Shown here piece after piece: positions 9,970-23,100 of a stretch of DNA of 64,000 nt. Positions within the stretch are counted from its first letter, which is position 1; each line of letters starts with the position of its first letter. The stretch comes from Narcine bancroftii (lineage: Eukaryota), in assembly GCF_036971445.1 (NCBI RefSeq), contig NC_091477.1, positions 113,584,001 to 113,648,000 of the forward strand. The letters are read 5' to 3'. Made by a program: the position numbers and the translations under genes. The notes beneath the pieces were generated by a model, which worked only from the letters and a program-made list of their open reading frames with translations, did no database searches and was not told where the DNA came from.

Positions 9970-12123
9970 AAAGACAATAGACAATAGGAGCTGGAGTAGG
10001 CCATTTGGCCCGTCGGGCCAGCACCGCCATTTTAGATCATGGCTGATCATTACCATCAGTGCCCCTTTCCAGCCTTATCCCCATAACCCTTAACTCCGTT
10101 ACCCACAAGAGTCTTATCTAACTCTCTTTTGAACATAGTCAGCGAATCCGCCTCTACCACCCTCTGTGGCAGAGCATTCCACAGATTCACACTTCTCTGG
10201 GTAAAAAAATGCTTTCTCATCTCCGTCCTAAAGGGCCTACCCTGTATTCTTAAACTATGCCCTCTAGTCCTCGTCTCCCCCATCATTGGGAACAAGTAAT
10301 CAGACTTCACCTTGTCTATCCCCCTGATGATTTTGTATACCTCAATCATGTCCCCCCTCATCCTTCTAAACTCCAATGGATACAAGTCCAGTTTTTCTAG
10401 CCTTGCTGCATATGACAACCCTGCCATCCCTGGAACTTGTAAATCTGCGCTGCACACCCTCTATAGCTAGTATGTCCTTCCTCAAGTTTGGAGACCAGAG
10501 CTGGACGCAATACTCCAGGTGGGGTCTCACCAGGGCCCTGTATAACTGCAGAAGGCCGTCTCTGTTCCTATACTCCAATCCCCTCTTTATGAAAGCCAAC
10601 ATTCCATTTGCCTTCTTCACAGCTTTCTGAACCTGCATGCTAGCCTTCAGTGACCGGTGAACAAGTACACCCAGATCCATTTGCACTTCCCCACTCCCTA
10701 GCTTGTCTCCATTTAAATAATACTCAGCTTTCCTATTACTTCCCCCAAAATGAATAACCTCACATTTGTTCACATTGAAATTCATCTTCCATTTAGCCGC
10801 CCACTCCTCCAGCCTCTCCAAGTCCCTCTGCATTTTCCTTACATCCTCCTCACACCCCACACCGCCACCCAGTTTAGTGTCATCTGCAAATTTGCTCATG
10901 TTATTTATAATCCCCTCATCCAAATCATTAACATAAATTACAAACAACTGAGGACCCAACACCGATCCCTGAGGCACTCCACTCGTCACATCCTGAAAAA
11001 GACCCATTTACTCCAACTCTTTGTTTCCTATCTCTTAACCAATTTCCTATCCATGTCAGCACCTTACCTCCAATACCATGCTCCCTGATCTTGCCCACTA
11101 GACTCCCGTGCGGTACCTTATCAAAGGCCTTCTGGAAGTCCAAATACACCACATCCACCGGCTCTCCCGAGTCCACCTTCTTTGTCACATCCTCAAAAAA
11201 TTCCAGAAGGTTAGTCAAGCATGACTTACCCTTAAGGAATCCATGCTGACTAGCCCTTATACTATTATTACTGACTAAGTGTTCTGCTATTTCTCCTTTT
11301 ATGATGGACTCCAATATCTTCCCCACCACTGATCTCAGGCTAACCGGTCTATAATTTCCCGTTTTCTCCCTCCCTCCTTTCTTAAAAAGCGGCACCACAT
11401 CAGCCACTCTCCAATCCTCAGGGACCTCCCCGGAATCTATGGAACTTTGGAAAATGTCGACCAGTGCCTCCACAACTTCCATAGCCACCTCTTTAAGCAC
11501 CCTAGGATGCAGCCCATCAGGCCCTGGGGATTTATCAGCCCTCAGTCCCAACAATTTACTCATAACCTCCTGCTTCTGGATCCGGATATCCATTAGATCC
11601 CCTACCTCCCCAGTAAAGTTCCCCAAGTCTCTTGGTACCGCATGACCACTACCCCCTAACTGACTATAACCTATATCCTCCTTGGTGAAGACAGTTGCAA
11701 AGTATTTGTTAAATTTCTCTGCCATCTCCTTGTTTCCGGTAATAATTTCACCCTTGCCCATTTTCAAAGGGCCAATTTTAGACCGAACCAATTTCTTCCT
11801 CTTCACATACTTAAAAAAGCTTTTGCTATCCTCCGCAATATTATCTGCTAATTTCCTCTCGTACTTCATTTTCCCGTCTCTTATGGCTTTCTTAGTTACC
11901 CTCTGATGTTCTTTGAAGGTTTCCCAATCCTCTAATTTCCTACTCCGCTTCGCTATCTTATAATTACTCCCTTTGGACTTGATAATGCACTTGATTTCCT
12001 TAGTTAGCCAGGGCTGCCATTTGCATCTCCTAGAGCCTTTCCTCCACTTTGGAATAAATTTGTCCTGAATCCTGTGAAAAATGTCCATAAAAACCTGCCA
12101 TTTTTCCCCAGTTGTCCTCCCAG
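9970..12123 (-). mobile_element. 5'-truncated CR1 LINE inserted in the Gypsy integrase
   Basis: KSPGPDGLHPRVLKE, NYRPVSL, YLDFQKAFDKVPH, GVPQGSVLGP, SKFADDTK; (CTATTGT)n 3' tail; two small frameshifting deletions; CTCA at both junctions. Confidence 0.95.
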
Positions 12124-12950
12124 CTCATCAGCGTCTGTCATTAAGTCACTTGACAGAATTTTCAGCATTTTTGGTTTTCCCAATTACATTCATACCGTGA
12201 GGGGCTCAGCATTCATTAGCGATGAACTACAGCGAGTCCTGCTACGGAAGGGGATTGTCACCAACCGTACCACAAGCTACAACCCGCAGTGCAATGGGAA
12301 GGTCGAAAGGGCTAATGCTACAGTCTAGAAGACTGTTAATCTTGGTTTAAAAACACATTGTTACCCTGTTACCTGGTAGCAGGAGGTGCTGCCTGAGGCA
12401 CTACACTCTATTCTGTCATTATTGTGTACTGGAACAAATAAAACACCTCATGAACGCATGTTTGCCTTTCCTAATCAGGAAATCAGGAACGGTGATGGAC
12501 TGGCCAGCCTGTTTATCTGAGCCCGGAACCGTGCTGCTGAAGAGCCATGCTCGGGCGCGTAAAACAGACCCCCTAGTCCAATCAGTTCAGTTACTGCATA
12601 CTAACCCCAACTACGCTCATGTTAAATTTCCAGACGGGAGTACTGACAGTGTACCTCTAAGAGATCTGGCCTCGCCTGGTTCGCCCCTTCCTCACACCCC
12701 TACTCAGAGTGAGCCTGAGAGATTGGGCTCACGCCCCAGCCTGTGACCCCTAGTCAGCTTTCAGATGGCCACGCTGAGGCTCCATGCCTCAAGCTGGCGA
12801 TTCTGGAGCGGGTCCAGAAGTCAGTCCTTCCCAGACTACAGACCCAGGAACTGTACCAGTTCCCAAAGTTACAAAGGAGCCACCTCTTTCGAGAAGAAGC
12901 ACCAGAATTCGTAAACAGCCTGATAGGCTGACATTCATAAAACATCTCAT
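12124..12950 (+). pseudogene. pol: Gypsy integrase core and C-terminus (resumes after the CR1)
   Basis: SASVIKSLDRIFSIFGFP, TTSYNPQCNGKVER, TNKTPHERM, RRSTRIRKQPDRL; continues IPCPVIS at 9949-9969. Confidence 0.9.
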
Positions 12951-13092
12951 TATATTTCGATTGCTTGCTAGATACTGGCGTATTTTGGCTGTAAGAGTAT
13001 CTCAATGCCAAACATGGTATCCATGTATCGCTTGCTTCAGTCTTTCCTAGTAGCTGTCCTTTTGATTTTAACTTCTTCTGCCGGGGGGAGAC

Positions 13093-13305
13093 TGTGGTGA
13101 ATGTCTGCCAAGCTGCCTGTCTCCCCTCTGGTGAGTCTTGCTGTACTAATGTTGGCTGTGCATTATCTCTCCTGTTAAGGACACTCCCCTTGGAGTGTGC
13201 ATGCACCTATTGTCTTTCATTATTGTACCATGAGTTTCTGCTAATAAAAGTTATGATTATTGTTCGACCACATCGTCTTTGTCTACTTCATCAACTGGCA
13301 CTTCT
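13093..13305 (+). repeat. 3' LTR of the Gypsy element
   Basis: Direct repeat of 6904-7124 with about a dozen substitutions and two indel regions; preceded by a polypurine tract. Confidence 0.95.
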
Positions 13306-13629
13306 TCATGCCGGCGCCATCTTCTGTAGCACTGCACGAAGTCAGCGCTGTTGTTTACTGTATCCTACTGGAGGACTGGCACTGAAGGTGAGGAAGAATC
13401 GAGCCCGGAGGCTGCACTTGTAAGGTAGGCCCAAATTCTTCAGCATTTGTTAACTGTTTAGTAGTTGTTTTCTTTGCTGGTTGATCTTTTGTTTTCTTCA
13501 TAACTGCTTCAACAGTATCAACATAATATTTAAAACTTTCTAAAAATAATTTTAAAACTCTAAAACAGGTTTTGAATAGGGGGAGGTGTTTTCCCACGTC
13601 TTCTCCCTACGCCGTCACACCACACCCCT
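13306..13629 (-). mobile_element. L1/Tx1-type LINE 5' UTR and ORF1 start
   Basis: Minus strand begins GGGGTGTGGTGTGACGGCGTAGGGAGAAGACG (L1-like 5' end), then basic peptide MKKTKDQPAKKTTTK. Confidence 0.55.
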
Positions 13630-13742
13630 CATCATAGCCCTACCTGATCATTATTTGTAACAATGTTAGTACTATTTTCAAAAGTTTTTTGTCATTTATC
13701 TTGAAAGTCAAATACAGCAAGCATTAAAACTTTTTTGCTGGT

Positions 13743-13959
13743 TAAATGGTTCATTTAAAAAAAAAACATCATTAAGGGTGGAATAATTGTCCTAGTGGTT
13801 AGTGCAACGCCTTTATAAATGGTTCATTTAAAAAAAAACATCATTAAGGGTGGAATAATTGTCCTAGTGGTTAGTGCAACGCCTTTATAAATGGTTCATT
13901 TAAAAAAAAACATCATTAAGGGTGGAATAATTGTCCTAGTGGTTAGTGCAACGCCTTTA
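13743..13959. repeat. Tandem repeat 72-73 bp x3 spanning flank and SINE head
   Basis: TAAATGGTTCATTT(A)nCATCATTAAGGGTGG...GCAACGCCTTTA starts at 13743, 13816 and 13888. Confidence 0.95.
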
Positions 13960-14175
13960 CAGTGCCAACAATCAGGTCTGAGGTTAGAATTCCACGCTCT
14001 TTGTTTAGAAGTTTAGAAGTTCTCCCCGTGTTTGTGTGGGTTTTCCCTGGGGGCTCCTGTTGCCTCCCACTGTTCAAAACATACTGGGGGTGTGGGTTAA
14101 TTGGGCATAAATTTGGCGGCACAGACTTGTGGGCCAAAATGGCCTGTACCATGCTGTATGTCTAAATCTAAATTT
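13920..14175 (+). mobile_element. tRNA-derived V-SINE (HE1-like)
   Basis: A-box-like TAGTGGTTAG, V-domain GTTCTCCCCGTGTTTGTGTGGGTTTTCC, CR1-like tail GGCCTGTACCATGCTGTATGTCTAAA. Confidence 0.8.
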
Positions 14176-14558
14176 GAGTCTTGCAATAAATTTTAATGGG
14201 GTTTTGTACCATCAATCCTGTAGACATTTCTCATTAAATAATTTTCTCACAAATAGCTGGTTATCTTTATTTGCAGATTGGGCTTCATTATCATTTAATG
14301 CCCATCTTGGGTTGTGAGTCACCAGTTTTGGGACTGAAGGACTTATTCTCATTTGGAAGCATAAATGATAATTATGAATCCACAATTCAGTTGTGGGAAT
14401 ATGATGCAAAGCTCAACTCAATTTTGCTTGTTGTCACCATCCACATGTATTTAACGTATATCTCTGACCTTTGGAGCCACCATTTAGTTGGAGTGATCCC
14501 TTGTTGTCCTGCTGAGATCTATTAATTCTCTCAGGAATCGAACTTGGGAGTTTTATGA

Positions 14559-15535
14559 TGTTACAGAATAAGTTAATAAAATTATGATAAAATGTATCTT
14601 AAAAGGGTAAGATTTCACAAACATCTCATTTTTCATGCACGAGCTATGCAAGGGTAGAGTTCGTGTCTACAGTTGGCTTTACAGAGTTGATGGAAGTGCT
14701 TGTGAGAGTTTCACAACTAGGTGTTAATGGGCCAGCATGTTTGAATAATGTCCAGACTTGATAAATGAGAAATCTTTTGCTTTTAAACTGGTGCCAGAGT
14801 TTTAAATGTCTAGTTGAAGTTTGTTGTCCTAAGGGGAGCCTGGTGCTTTTGAAAAACAGAAATAAAGCACCCATTGTTTGTTAGATTATTCTGCAACAGT
14901 TTGTGTGAAGGCTGCAAGTTGGCAGACCTGCTGCAAGACCCCATTTCAAGACGGGTTTTGAGTTCTGACTTCAACCTATTTTAAATCTCTGTAGTCAATT
15001 GCAGCGGTTGTGGCTGGTTATTGTGTTTCTCCTGGAATGGGGGAAAAAGAAGAGCTCCTTGTGGTAAGCTGGAAAACAGATTATCTTTTGGAAAAACCCA
15101 AGAGGGGGAAAGTTTCTTTGGTAAGATACTTTAGTTGCTGATTGAAGGAAATCAGTTTGTGTGTCCAACAAACAAATATCTCTTTGAAACCAACAAAGAC
15201 TTTCCTGAACAGTAACAACTTAAGTTAAAGAATGAGAGCCTGGTGAATATAATAACTGCTTAATTCTGTGCACAGTATGGAAGATTGCCTGACAACTGTG
15301 AACTTGGAGAAGTGAAAAGTGAATGATTGGACAGTGAAAAAGAACTTTCCTGAACACATAAACATTACATACACGTGCCCTTAGAATTAGAAGGGGATTA
15401 AGTTGTTAATAGTAATAAGTTAAGTATTGATCTTATTATTATGTATTAAGAAAATAAAACCTGATTTGTTTAAGTAGCCGTTGTCTCGGTGAATTTCTGT
15501 TGCTGCTGGTGTTTGAGTCCTTTGGGCTCGTATCA
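14559..15535 (+). mobile_element. Diverged solo LTR-like element related to 1-506 and 57787-58746
   Basis: 15110-15535 aligns by eye with 58265-58746 and 340-506; TG/CA termini; AATAAA at ~15452; no clear TSD, left edge uncertain. Confidence 0.55.
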
Positions 15536-15557
15536 TCTGGTCTGTATCACTCTAGAA

Positions 15558-15946
15558 CAGTAGTTTTCAAACTGCCCAACCCCCCCCCCCCCACCCCAAA
15601 CTCGCATTCCATCTTAAGCAATCCCTGTGCCATAAGTACAATGTGATTAGTAAGGGAATGCATAAGGTGGTATGTGGGTGGAAAGAAAGGTTTGAAAACC
15701 ACTGTTTTAATCGTACCTCATTGACTTGTTATGTGAATGGTTTCATAACTCCAAAGGAAAAGAGCCAATGACAATTTTCTCAAGCAAAATATTTCAGTAA
15801 CAGTTGGGTCTAGAGCAGTGGTTCTCAACCTTCCCTTCCCACTCACATACCATCTTAAACAATCCCTTACTAATCACAGAGCACTTATGGCATAGGGATT
15901 ACTTAAGGTGGAATGTGAGTTTAAGGGGGTGGTTGGAAAACCACTG
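15558..15946. mobile_element. hAT (Charlie-like) compound MITE
   Basis: TIR CAGTAGTTTTCAAAC / GTTGGAAAACCACTG; perfect 8-bp TSD CTCTAGAA; interior homologous to 4496-4856. Confidence 0.9.
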
Positions 15947-16059
15947 CTCTAGAACTACCTGACACTGCACATTGAGTAATTCAGTCTCTGATTCTAGAAC
16001 TGAAAGTTTAATCTTGAACTTACTTTCATAAAACGCCAATTGCATATGATTATTGATGT

Positions 16060-17578
16060 CTTTTCTTCTTTCTTTCTTTGGCTTGGCTTCGCGGACGAAG
16101 ATTTATGGAGGGGGTAAAAAGTCCACGTCAGCTGCAGGCTCGTTTGTGGCTGACCAGTCCGATGCGGGACAGGCAGACACGATTGCAGCGGTTGCAAGGG
16201 AAAATTGGTTGGTTGGGGTTGGGTGTTGGGTTTTTCCTCCTTTGCCTTTTGTCAGTGAGGTGGGCTCTGCGGTCTTCTTCAAAGGAGGCTGCTGCCCGCC
16301 AAACTGTGAGGCGCCAAGATGCACGGTTTGAGGCGTTATCAGCCCACTGGCGGTGGTCAATGTGGCAGGCACCAAGAGATTTCTTTAGGCAGTCCTTGTA
16401 CCTTTTCTTTGGTGCACCTCTGTCACGGTGGCCAGTGGAGAGCTCGCCATATAATACGATCTTGGGAAGGTGATGGTCCTCCATTCTGGAGACGTGACCC
16501 ATCCAGCGCAGCTGGATCTTCAGCAGCGTGGACTCGATGCTGTCGACCTCTGCCATCTCGAGTACCTCGACGTTAGGGGTGTGAGCGCTCCAATGGATGT
16601 TGAGGATGGAGCGGAGACAACGCTGGTGGAAGCGTTCTAGGAGCCGTAGGTGGTGCCGGTAGAGGACCCATGATTCGGAGCCGAACAGGAGTGTGGGTAT
16701 GACAACGGCTCTGTATACGCTTATCTTTGTGAGGTTTTTCAGTTGGTTGTTTTTCCAGACTCTTTTGTGTAGTCTTCCAAAGGCGCTATTTGCCTTGGCG
16801 AGTCTGTTGTCTATCTCATTGTCGATCCTTGCATCTGATGAAATGGTGCAGCCGAGATAGGTAAACTGGTTGACCGTTTTGAGTTTTGTGTGCCCGATGG
16901 AGATGTGGGGGGGCTGGTAGTCATGGTGGGGAGCTGGCTGATGGAGGACCTCAGTTTTCTTCAGGCTGACTTCCAGGCCAAACATTTTCAGACTGCTCAA
17001 ACTACAGGGGAATCACGTTGCTCTCCATTGCAGGCAAAATCTTCGCTAGGATTCTACTAAATAGAATAATACCTAGTGTCGCTGAGAATATTCTCCCAGA
17101 ATATCTCGCCAAACGAACACAGCTCAGCGCGGACATTGGCGACTTCAGGGGTTTCTACGAGGCTCTAAAGGCTGTGTACGGCCCCTCACCCCAAGTCCAA
17201 AGCCCGCTGCGCAGCTCAGACGGCAAAGTCCTCCTCAGCGACAAGATCTCCATCCTCAACCGATGGTCAGAACACTTCCAATCTCTTTTCAGTACCAACC
17301 GCTCAGTCCAAGATTCCGCCCTGCTCCAGCTCCCTCAACAGCCCCTAAGGCTAGAGCTGGATGAGGTTCCCACCCTGGATGAGACATATAAGGCAATCGA
17401 ACAACTGAAAAGTGGCAAAGCAGCAGGTATGGATGGAATCCCCCCAGAAGTCTGGAAGGCTGGCGGCAAAACTCTGCATGCCAAACTGCATGAGTTTTTC
17501 AAGCTTTGTTGGGACCAAGGTAAACTGCCTCAGGATCTTCGTGATGCCACCATCATCACCCTGTACAAAAACAAAGGC
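16060..17578. mobile_element. RTE-clade LINE insertion with inverted, permuted 5' part
   Basis: 16060-16988 is the minus-strand ORF C-terminus (..KRACS) with tail; 16988-17578 is plus-strand RT pieces; 12-bp TSD GATTATTGATGT at 16048-16059 and 17579-17590. Confidence 0.95.
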
Positions 17579-17604
17579 GATTATTGATGTAATAATTACA
17601 TAAA

Positions 17605-18390
17605 TGATGAGTTTATTGTCATATACATGAATACAATATTCATATTCACTGAAATTCTTGCTGCAGCTTAACATGTACATTGTACAATATAATAGTCTGT
17701 ATTAAATTGCCATATGGAAAGAGACAATAAATATTCACAGTCACAGTTGTGCAAGAAAACCGATTGCATGAGTAGTTTATGATTAGTGTAGTAAGGGGAA
17801 GTAATAACTATTAGCCGGGGGGGCGGGGGGGGGAACTGTTCTTGAACCTTGAGGTACTGAACTTCAGGCTTCTGTACCTTCTTTCCCAAGATAGGAATGA
17901 GAAGAGGTTATGACCAGGATGATGGAAGTCCTTTGAGATATTGCCTGCCTTCTTGAGGCTGTGGCTCACATAGATTTCTTCAATGGATGGGAGATCAGAA
18001 CCTGTGATGGACTTTGTTATGTTTGCTACCTTCTGCTTTCCTGAGCACTTTAATTATCTAACCAGGCTTTGAAGCAAATGGTCAATATGCTTTCCACAGT
18101 AGAGTATTTGACAATATATTAAATCTCTTCAGACTTCTTAGAAATTAGAGGCATTGGTGGGGCTATCTTCCTAGTTGCCTTGATGTTCTGGCTTCAGGAG
18201 AGGTCCTCCGATTATGTAGACTCCCAGCAACTTGAAGGTACTGACCCTGTCCATCTCAGTCCCATCAATGTGGGCAGGTACTTAGTCCCTCGGCCTCCCT
18301 TTTCTAAAATCCACAACTCGCTGCTTGGTCTTGTTGACATTGAGAGGAAGGTTGTTTTGGCACCACGCAACCAGATTCTTGATTCCATTT
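17605..18390 (-). mobile_element. Old Rex1/Babar-like LINE fragment
   Basis: TTTATTGTCA (tail TGACAATAAA on minus) and degenerate ..LNVNKTK..VDFRK.. motif at ~18300-18345. Confidence 0.6.
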
Positions 18391-18714
18391 GAAGAGGGCA
18401 CCTTCAGAGAGCAGGTACTTCATATACTCTTCACTGAAATGTCGCCCTGGTTTGTATGATTATCAAGTGTGGGATTTGAACACACAACCTTCTAATGCAG
18501 AAATGGGGATCTTACAACTGAACCAAAACAATAATCTTCTCATCATGAAAACTGGAATACTATGCCAATGAGAAATACTTGTCAAAATCAGCTAAAGTTC
18601 AGTAGTGCTATATATCTTTGACCTGTCTCCATTGAATGCTTTCTATTTGCATGAAATGTATTAAAATCAATTTTCAACTACAATTGATATGAATGAATAT
18701 GCTTACGGTACTTA

Positions 18715-20142
18715 TGGACTGCATCTCTGGGTGCTTAGGGAGGTTACTTTTGAAATTGTGGATGCATTAGTCGACATTTTCTATTGATTCAAGAAAAGTG
18801 CCTGTGGATTGGAGGGTGGCTAATGTTGTACCGCTTTTTAAGAAAGGAGGGAGCGAGAGAACGGGCAATTACGGTTAGCCTGACATCAGTAGTGGGGAAG
18901 ATATTAGAATCTATTATAAAAGAAGAAATAACAGAACACTTAGACAAATAATAGGGAAAATCATGCTTGGCTAATCTGAAATTTTTCGAGAATGTGATGA
19001 GGAGGGTGGATACGGGAGAGCCAGTCAATGTGGTGAACTTGGAATTTCAGAAGGCTTTTGATAAAGTCCCGCACAGGAGATTAGTAGGCAAAATCAGAGA
19101 GCATAGAAACAAAGAGTTGGGATTAACGGGTAACTTTCGGGATGGCAAGATGTGACAAGTGGGGTCCCACAGGGCTCAGTGCTGGGTCCTCAGTTTATCA
19201 TATATATTAATGATTTAGATAAGAGGATTATAAATAACATTAGCAAATTTGCAAATGACACGAAAGTGGGTGGCAGTGTGAAGTGTGAGGAGGATGTTAG
19301 GAAAATGCTCGGGGATTTGGTCAGGTTAGGTGAGTGGGAGGATGCATGGAAGATGTAGTTTAATATGGATCAATTTGAGGTAATCCACTTTGGTTTCAGG
19401 ATCAGAAATGCAGATTATTATTCAAATGGAGTCAAGTTAGGGATTGAGAAAATGCAACGTGAGCTAGGTGTACTTGTACATCAGTCACTAAAAGCTAGCA
19501 TGCAGGTTCAACAAACTGTGACAAGGCAAATGGCACGTTGGCCTTCATAAAAAGGGGAATAGAGTATAGGAGTAAAGATGTTCTTATGCAGTTGTACAGG
19601 GCCCTGGTGAGACCACACCTGGAGTATTGTGTCCATTCTGGTCTCCTAATTTGAGGAAGGACATTCTCGCTATTGAGTGAGTGGAGTGTAGATTCACAAG
19701 GTTAGTTCCCGGGATGGTGGGACCGACGTATGCCAAAAGGTTGGATAAATTAGGTTTGTATAGGTTGAAATTTAGACGGATGAGGGGAGATATGATTGAG
19801 GTATATAAAATGATTAAGGGATTGGACATGATAGAAACTGCTTACAGGTTCCTGATGTTAGGGGAGACTAGGACTAGAGGCCATAGTTTAAGAATATAAG
19901 GAATGCCCTTTCGGACAGAGATGTGAATTTTACCCAGAGAATTGTTGGTCTATGAAATGCTTTGCTGCAGAGGGTGGAAGAGGCAGGTCCTCAGGATAAG
20001 TTCAAGAGGGAGTTAGATAAGGTTCTTGTGGACAGAGGAATTAAGAGTTAGGGAGAAGGCAGGGACAGGGTACTGATAGTGGAAGATCAGCCATGATCTA
20101 AATGAATGGCGGTGCTGGCTCAATGGGCCAAATGTCTATTGT
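18715..20142 (+). mobile_element. Decayed 5'-truncated CR1 LINE, same family as 9970-12123
   Basis: FQKAFDKVPH, GVPQGSVLGP, SKFANDTK; 3' end TCTATTGT; many stops. Confidence 0.93.
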
Positions 20143-23100
20143 GAAAATTTCAGAAATAATGTGAAAATATCATCCAGAAACAAAAGCCCCAGTAGTTGGA
20201 TGACCCTTTCTTTTCACATGTCATGATTTGATGCAGTGACTGTTCAGAAAATTGGAAATTTAAAATGCTTGTTCTTTTCTGTCAAAAATGCATGGCAACA
20301 GCAATAAGAATTGCAATTTCGTGCAGTCAGATCTTCAGTTTAGAATACGAGTCGCTTTATTTCATTGTAATTTCTGTCAGTGATTTGGGATCTTGAATGT
20401 ATTTGGTAGTGGATGAGAGGCCTGAAAGCTTGGTAAAAATTACTATTGTGAAAATAAGAAATCTTAGGGAAAAAAAAGATGAAAATATTCACGATTAAAA
20501 GGATATAGAATGAAATGAATTGCAAAGTTTGGTATTGTTTGTGTATGTGTTCTGAAATGCTCTAGTCGAGGAATTTTCTTCTGAAAAATCAGCTAGAAGG
20601 TGTTGAAGTGGTGATTTAATGGTGGGGTGAGCAATCAATAACCATTCCTGTTTGTTATTTGCAAATCCAAATCAATGTATTTTGTACATTTATATATTAA
20701 TTGGTTGTGGGTTTTCCTAGCCAAGCTATTATTTATTTTGTCCTCCTATCTCTGGCAAGGTGAACCACTTTTTTTAAACTGCAGTTTACTGTATGACAAA
20801 GATAATTTCACAGTGCCGATCAGTATTACAATCCAGAGTGATGTGTAAATTGGCGGAAAATGGGTGGAGGGAGTTTGTCTGTGTGTCTGTGTCTGTCTGT
20901 CTGTCTTGGTCTTGTTCTAAATGGTATTGGAATTAAATTCATCCAAGTAACTGAGGATTATTTTCATCTTGCTATGGACTTAGAAATTTTAGGCAGTCAC
21001 TTTCGGCAATGATTCACTGTTTTGTTGATGATGAGCTTATTGTCATACATGTTGTACAATGCACATATGCACCAAAATTCTTGCTGCAACTAAGGTACTT
21101 ATAAGGAAAACGTAGTGAGCTCATTGAATTAATTTAAGAGATAATGTAGATACTAAATTTTGGCAGTAATCAGTGTGTGCAAGTCCTTTTGTGCTGTCAG
21201 AGCATTCTATAATTGGTGTACCAAGGGGAAGTTCGAGTCTAATAGCTGTTGAAAAGAAACTTTTCTTGAACCTGGACGTACTGGGTTTTCAAGCTGTTGC
21301 CTCTAGGTAGTAGTGAAAATAGGTTCTGATCAGGGTGGAGGAGGTTCTTTATGATGTTGGTTACCTGTCTTGAGGCATGGTATGGGTGTGAATTTGCATG
21401 CAGACCAGATCAAGGAGAACAGATATCATATGCTGAAATATATTTTATGGATGTATCCATTTTCTGCAATGGTTTTGTGGTCACCATTATTGATGCAAGC
21501 AATCAGTTAAATTCCAACCTTTCATATTGGAATTTGAACTTGTTTCTCTGGGTCATTAATTCAGGCTTCTGGGTGTTCAGTAAATTGAGCACTTTTACTA
21601 TAATTGCATCATGTCGAATGATTTCAATAGAAAAAGTTATTTCATGTTATAAACTCTGTTCCTCGATCACACCCGGGCCTTCTGCAGTTTTTCTTCGATC
21701 TATTGCCACCCAACTTTAAACTCTTCCATGTTGTCCACTTCTGCATTTTCCCCTCCTAATTCCTGAGACTTCAGATAAATGTCCTCCTGATAACATCAAT
21801 ACTGCTGCTTGTTTTGCTCGACCCCTGACCTTCCTTTCAAAATGACCTTTGTACTTCTCTCCTCACAAGTTCATTTTTCAACTTCTGTTCTTCAACTCTA
21901 AGGCAGTTGAACATGCTAACACTTCTTCCCATAAGCAGTGAGAATGCTGAACGACCAAAGGAACTACTCCCACTAACCATCCGAGGCTCTCATACTTATG
22001 AAACAATATTTATTCATTTGTGTATATGAATAGTTGTCCTGCATATGTATTGTTTGTTTTTATTTGTGTTATGAATGGTTGTGTGTCTGCATGTTTTGCA
22101 CCGAGGACCAAAGAATGCTGTTTCATTGGGTTGTTCTTGTGCAACCAAATGACAATAAATTTGACTTTCCAATACACTATTCATTCATAATATCCCCCCT
22201 TTTAATTTCTTCAGTATTTTTCTGGAAGTCTGAAGTACCAGTAATGCATTGGTCAAAATGCTGAATGACATCTTTTAACTACAGTTGAGTTGTCCTGCCT
22301 GTATTTTTTTCCTCTGCTCTATAAATATAATTAAAGATCCTATTGATTCTATTTCCTGTAGACTGAGATATTTTGTGCATCATGGTTTGTGACTTAAGAT
22401 CTTTCTTAATCTGTCTGCCTCAATACATATTGCAGTGTAACCTTGACTGTCTACACTCATTATCTTAGTCTGGTTTGTATCCTGTCATTTAGATAAAGGG
22501 TAGGGATTTAGTTTTGCATAAAGATGCTAAAAGGCAGCTGAGCAGTATTAGTTATTTCTTCAATGACTTTAGGGTTATGACCCATGAAGATAAAGTGACA
22601 ATAATTTGGAATCCATGCTCTTTGCACTGTAGCGTGGGCTTCAAAGCAAGTAGAGTGATGTTGTACATGTGAAGGTCTCACAGGGATCACTTAGCCAACA
22701 AATACTTTTCAGTAAAATCTTGATGAATTATACTTTTGAAAATATGGATTTTACTTGTATAATATTGGAGACTTTAATGTGATGGACATCTAAATTAACA
22801 TTTGGAAGTTAAGAAGTTATCATGTAAAATTAAATATGAGGGAACCTTAGCTCTTTGCCAGATTAGTTTATCTGCTTTATTCATAGCGAGTCACCTGTGT
22901 CGAGTTTGAATGTCTTCTCTGTGACTCCATGGATTTCTCCTAGAAATGTGAGGGTTGGTGGGTTTATTGTCACCATAAATTGACAAGGCTAGTGGTAAAA
23001 TTTGGTGTTGGGTGGAAGTGATTGTAGGGAGAATTACATCGTTTGGGGTAGGATTAGTTTAAAAATGGGAACTTGGCAGTCAGTATGGACTTGTTGACCC

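Larger units (their letters stand above)
6904..13305 (+). mobile_element. Full-length decayed Ty3/Gypsy LTR retrotransposon (Mag-like), interrupted by CR1
   Basis: Two ~215-bp LTRs, gag with zinc knuckles, then PR-RT-RH-IN order, PPT GGGGGGAGA before the 3' LTR; imperfect TSD TCAG/TCAT. Confidence 0.95.

Noticed and set aside
12754-13423. env-like or extra ORF at the Gypsy 3' end
   Set aside because: Short ORFs run through the LTR or antisense to integrase; no signal peptide, furin site or TM pattern, and no room between IN and PPT.
17018-17587. 189-aa ORF as an intact or domesticated RT gene
   Set aside because: In-frame fusion of two permuted RTE fragments inside one insertion; lacks the catalytic RT motifs.
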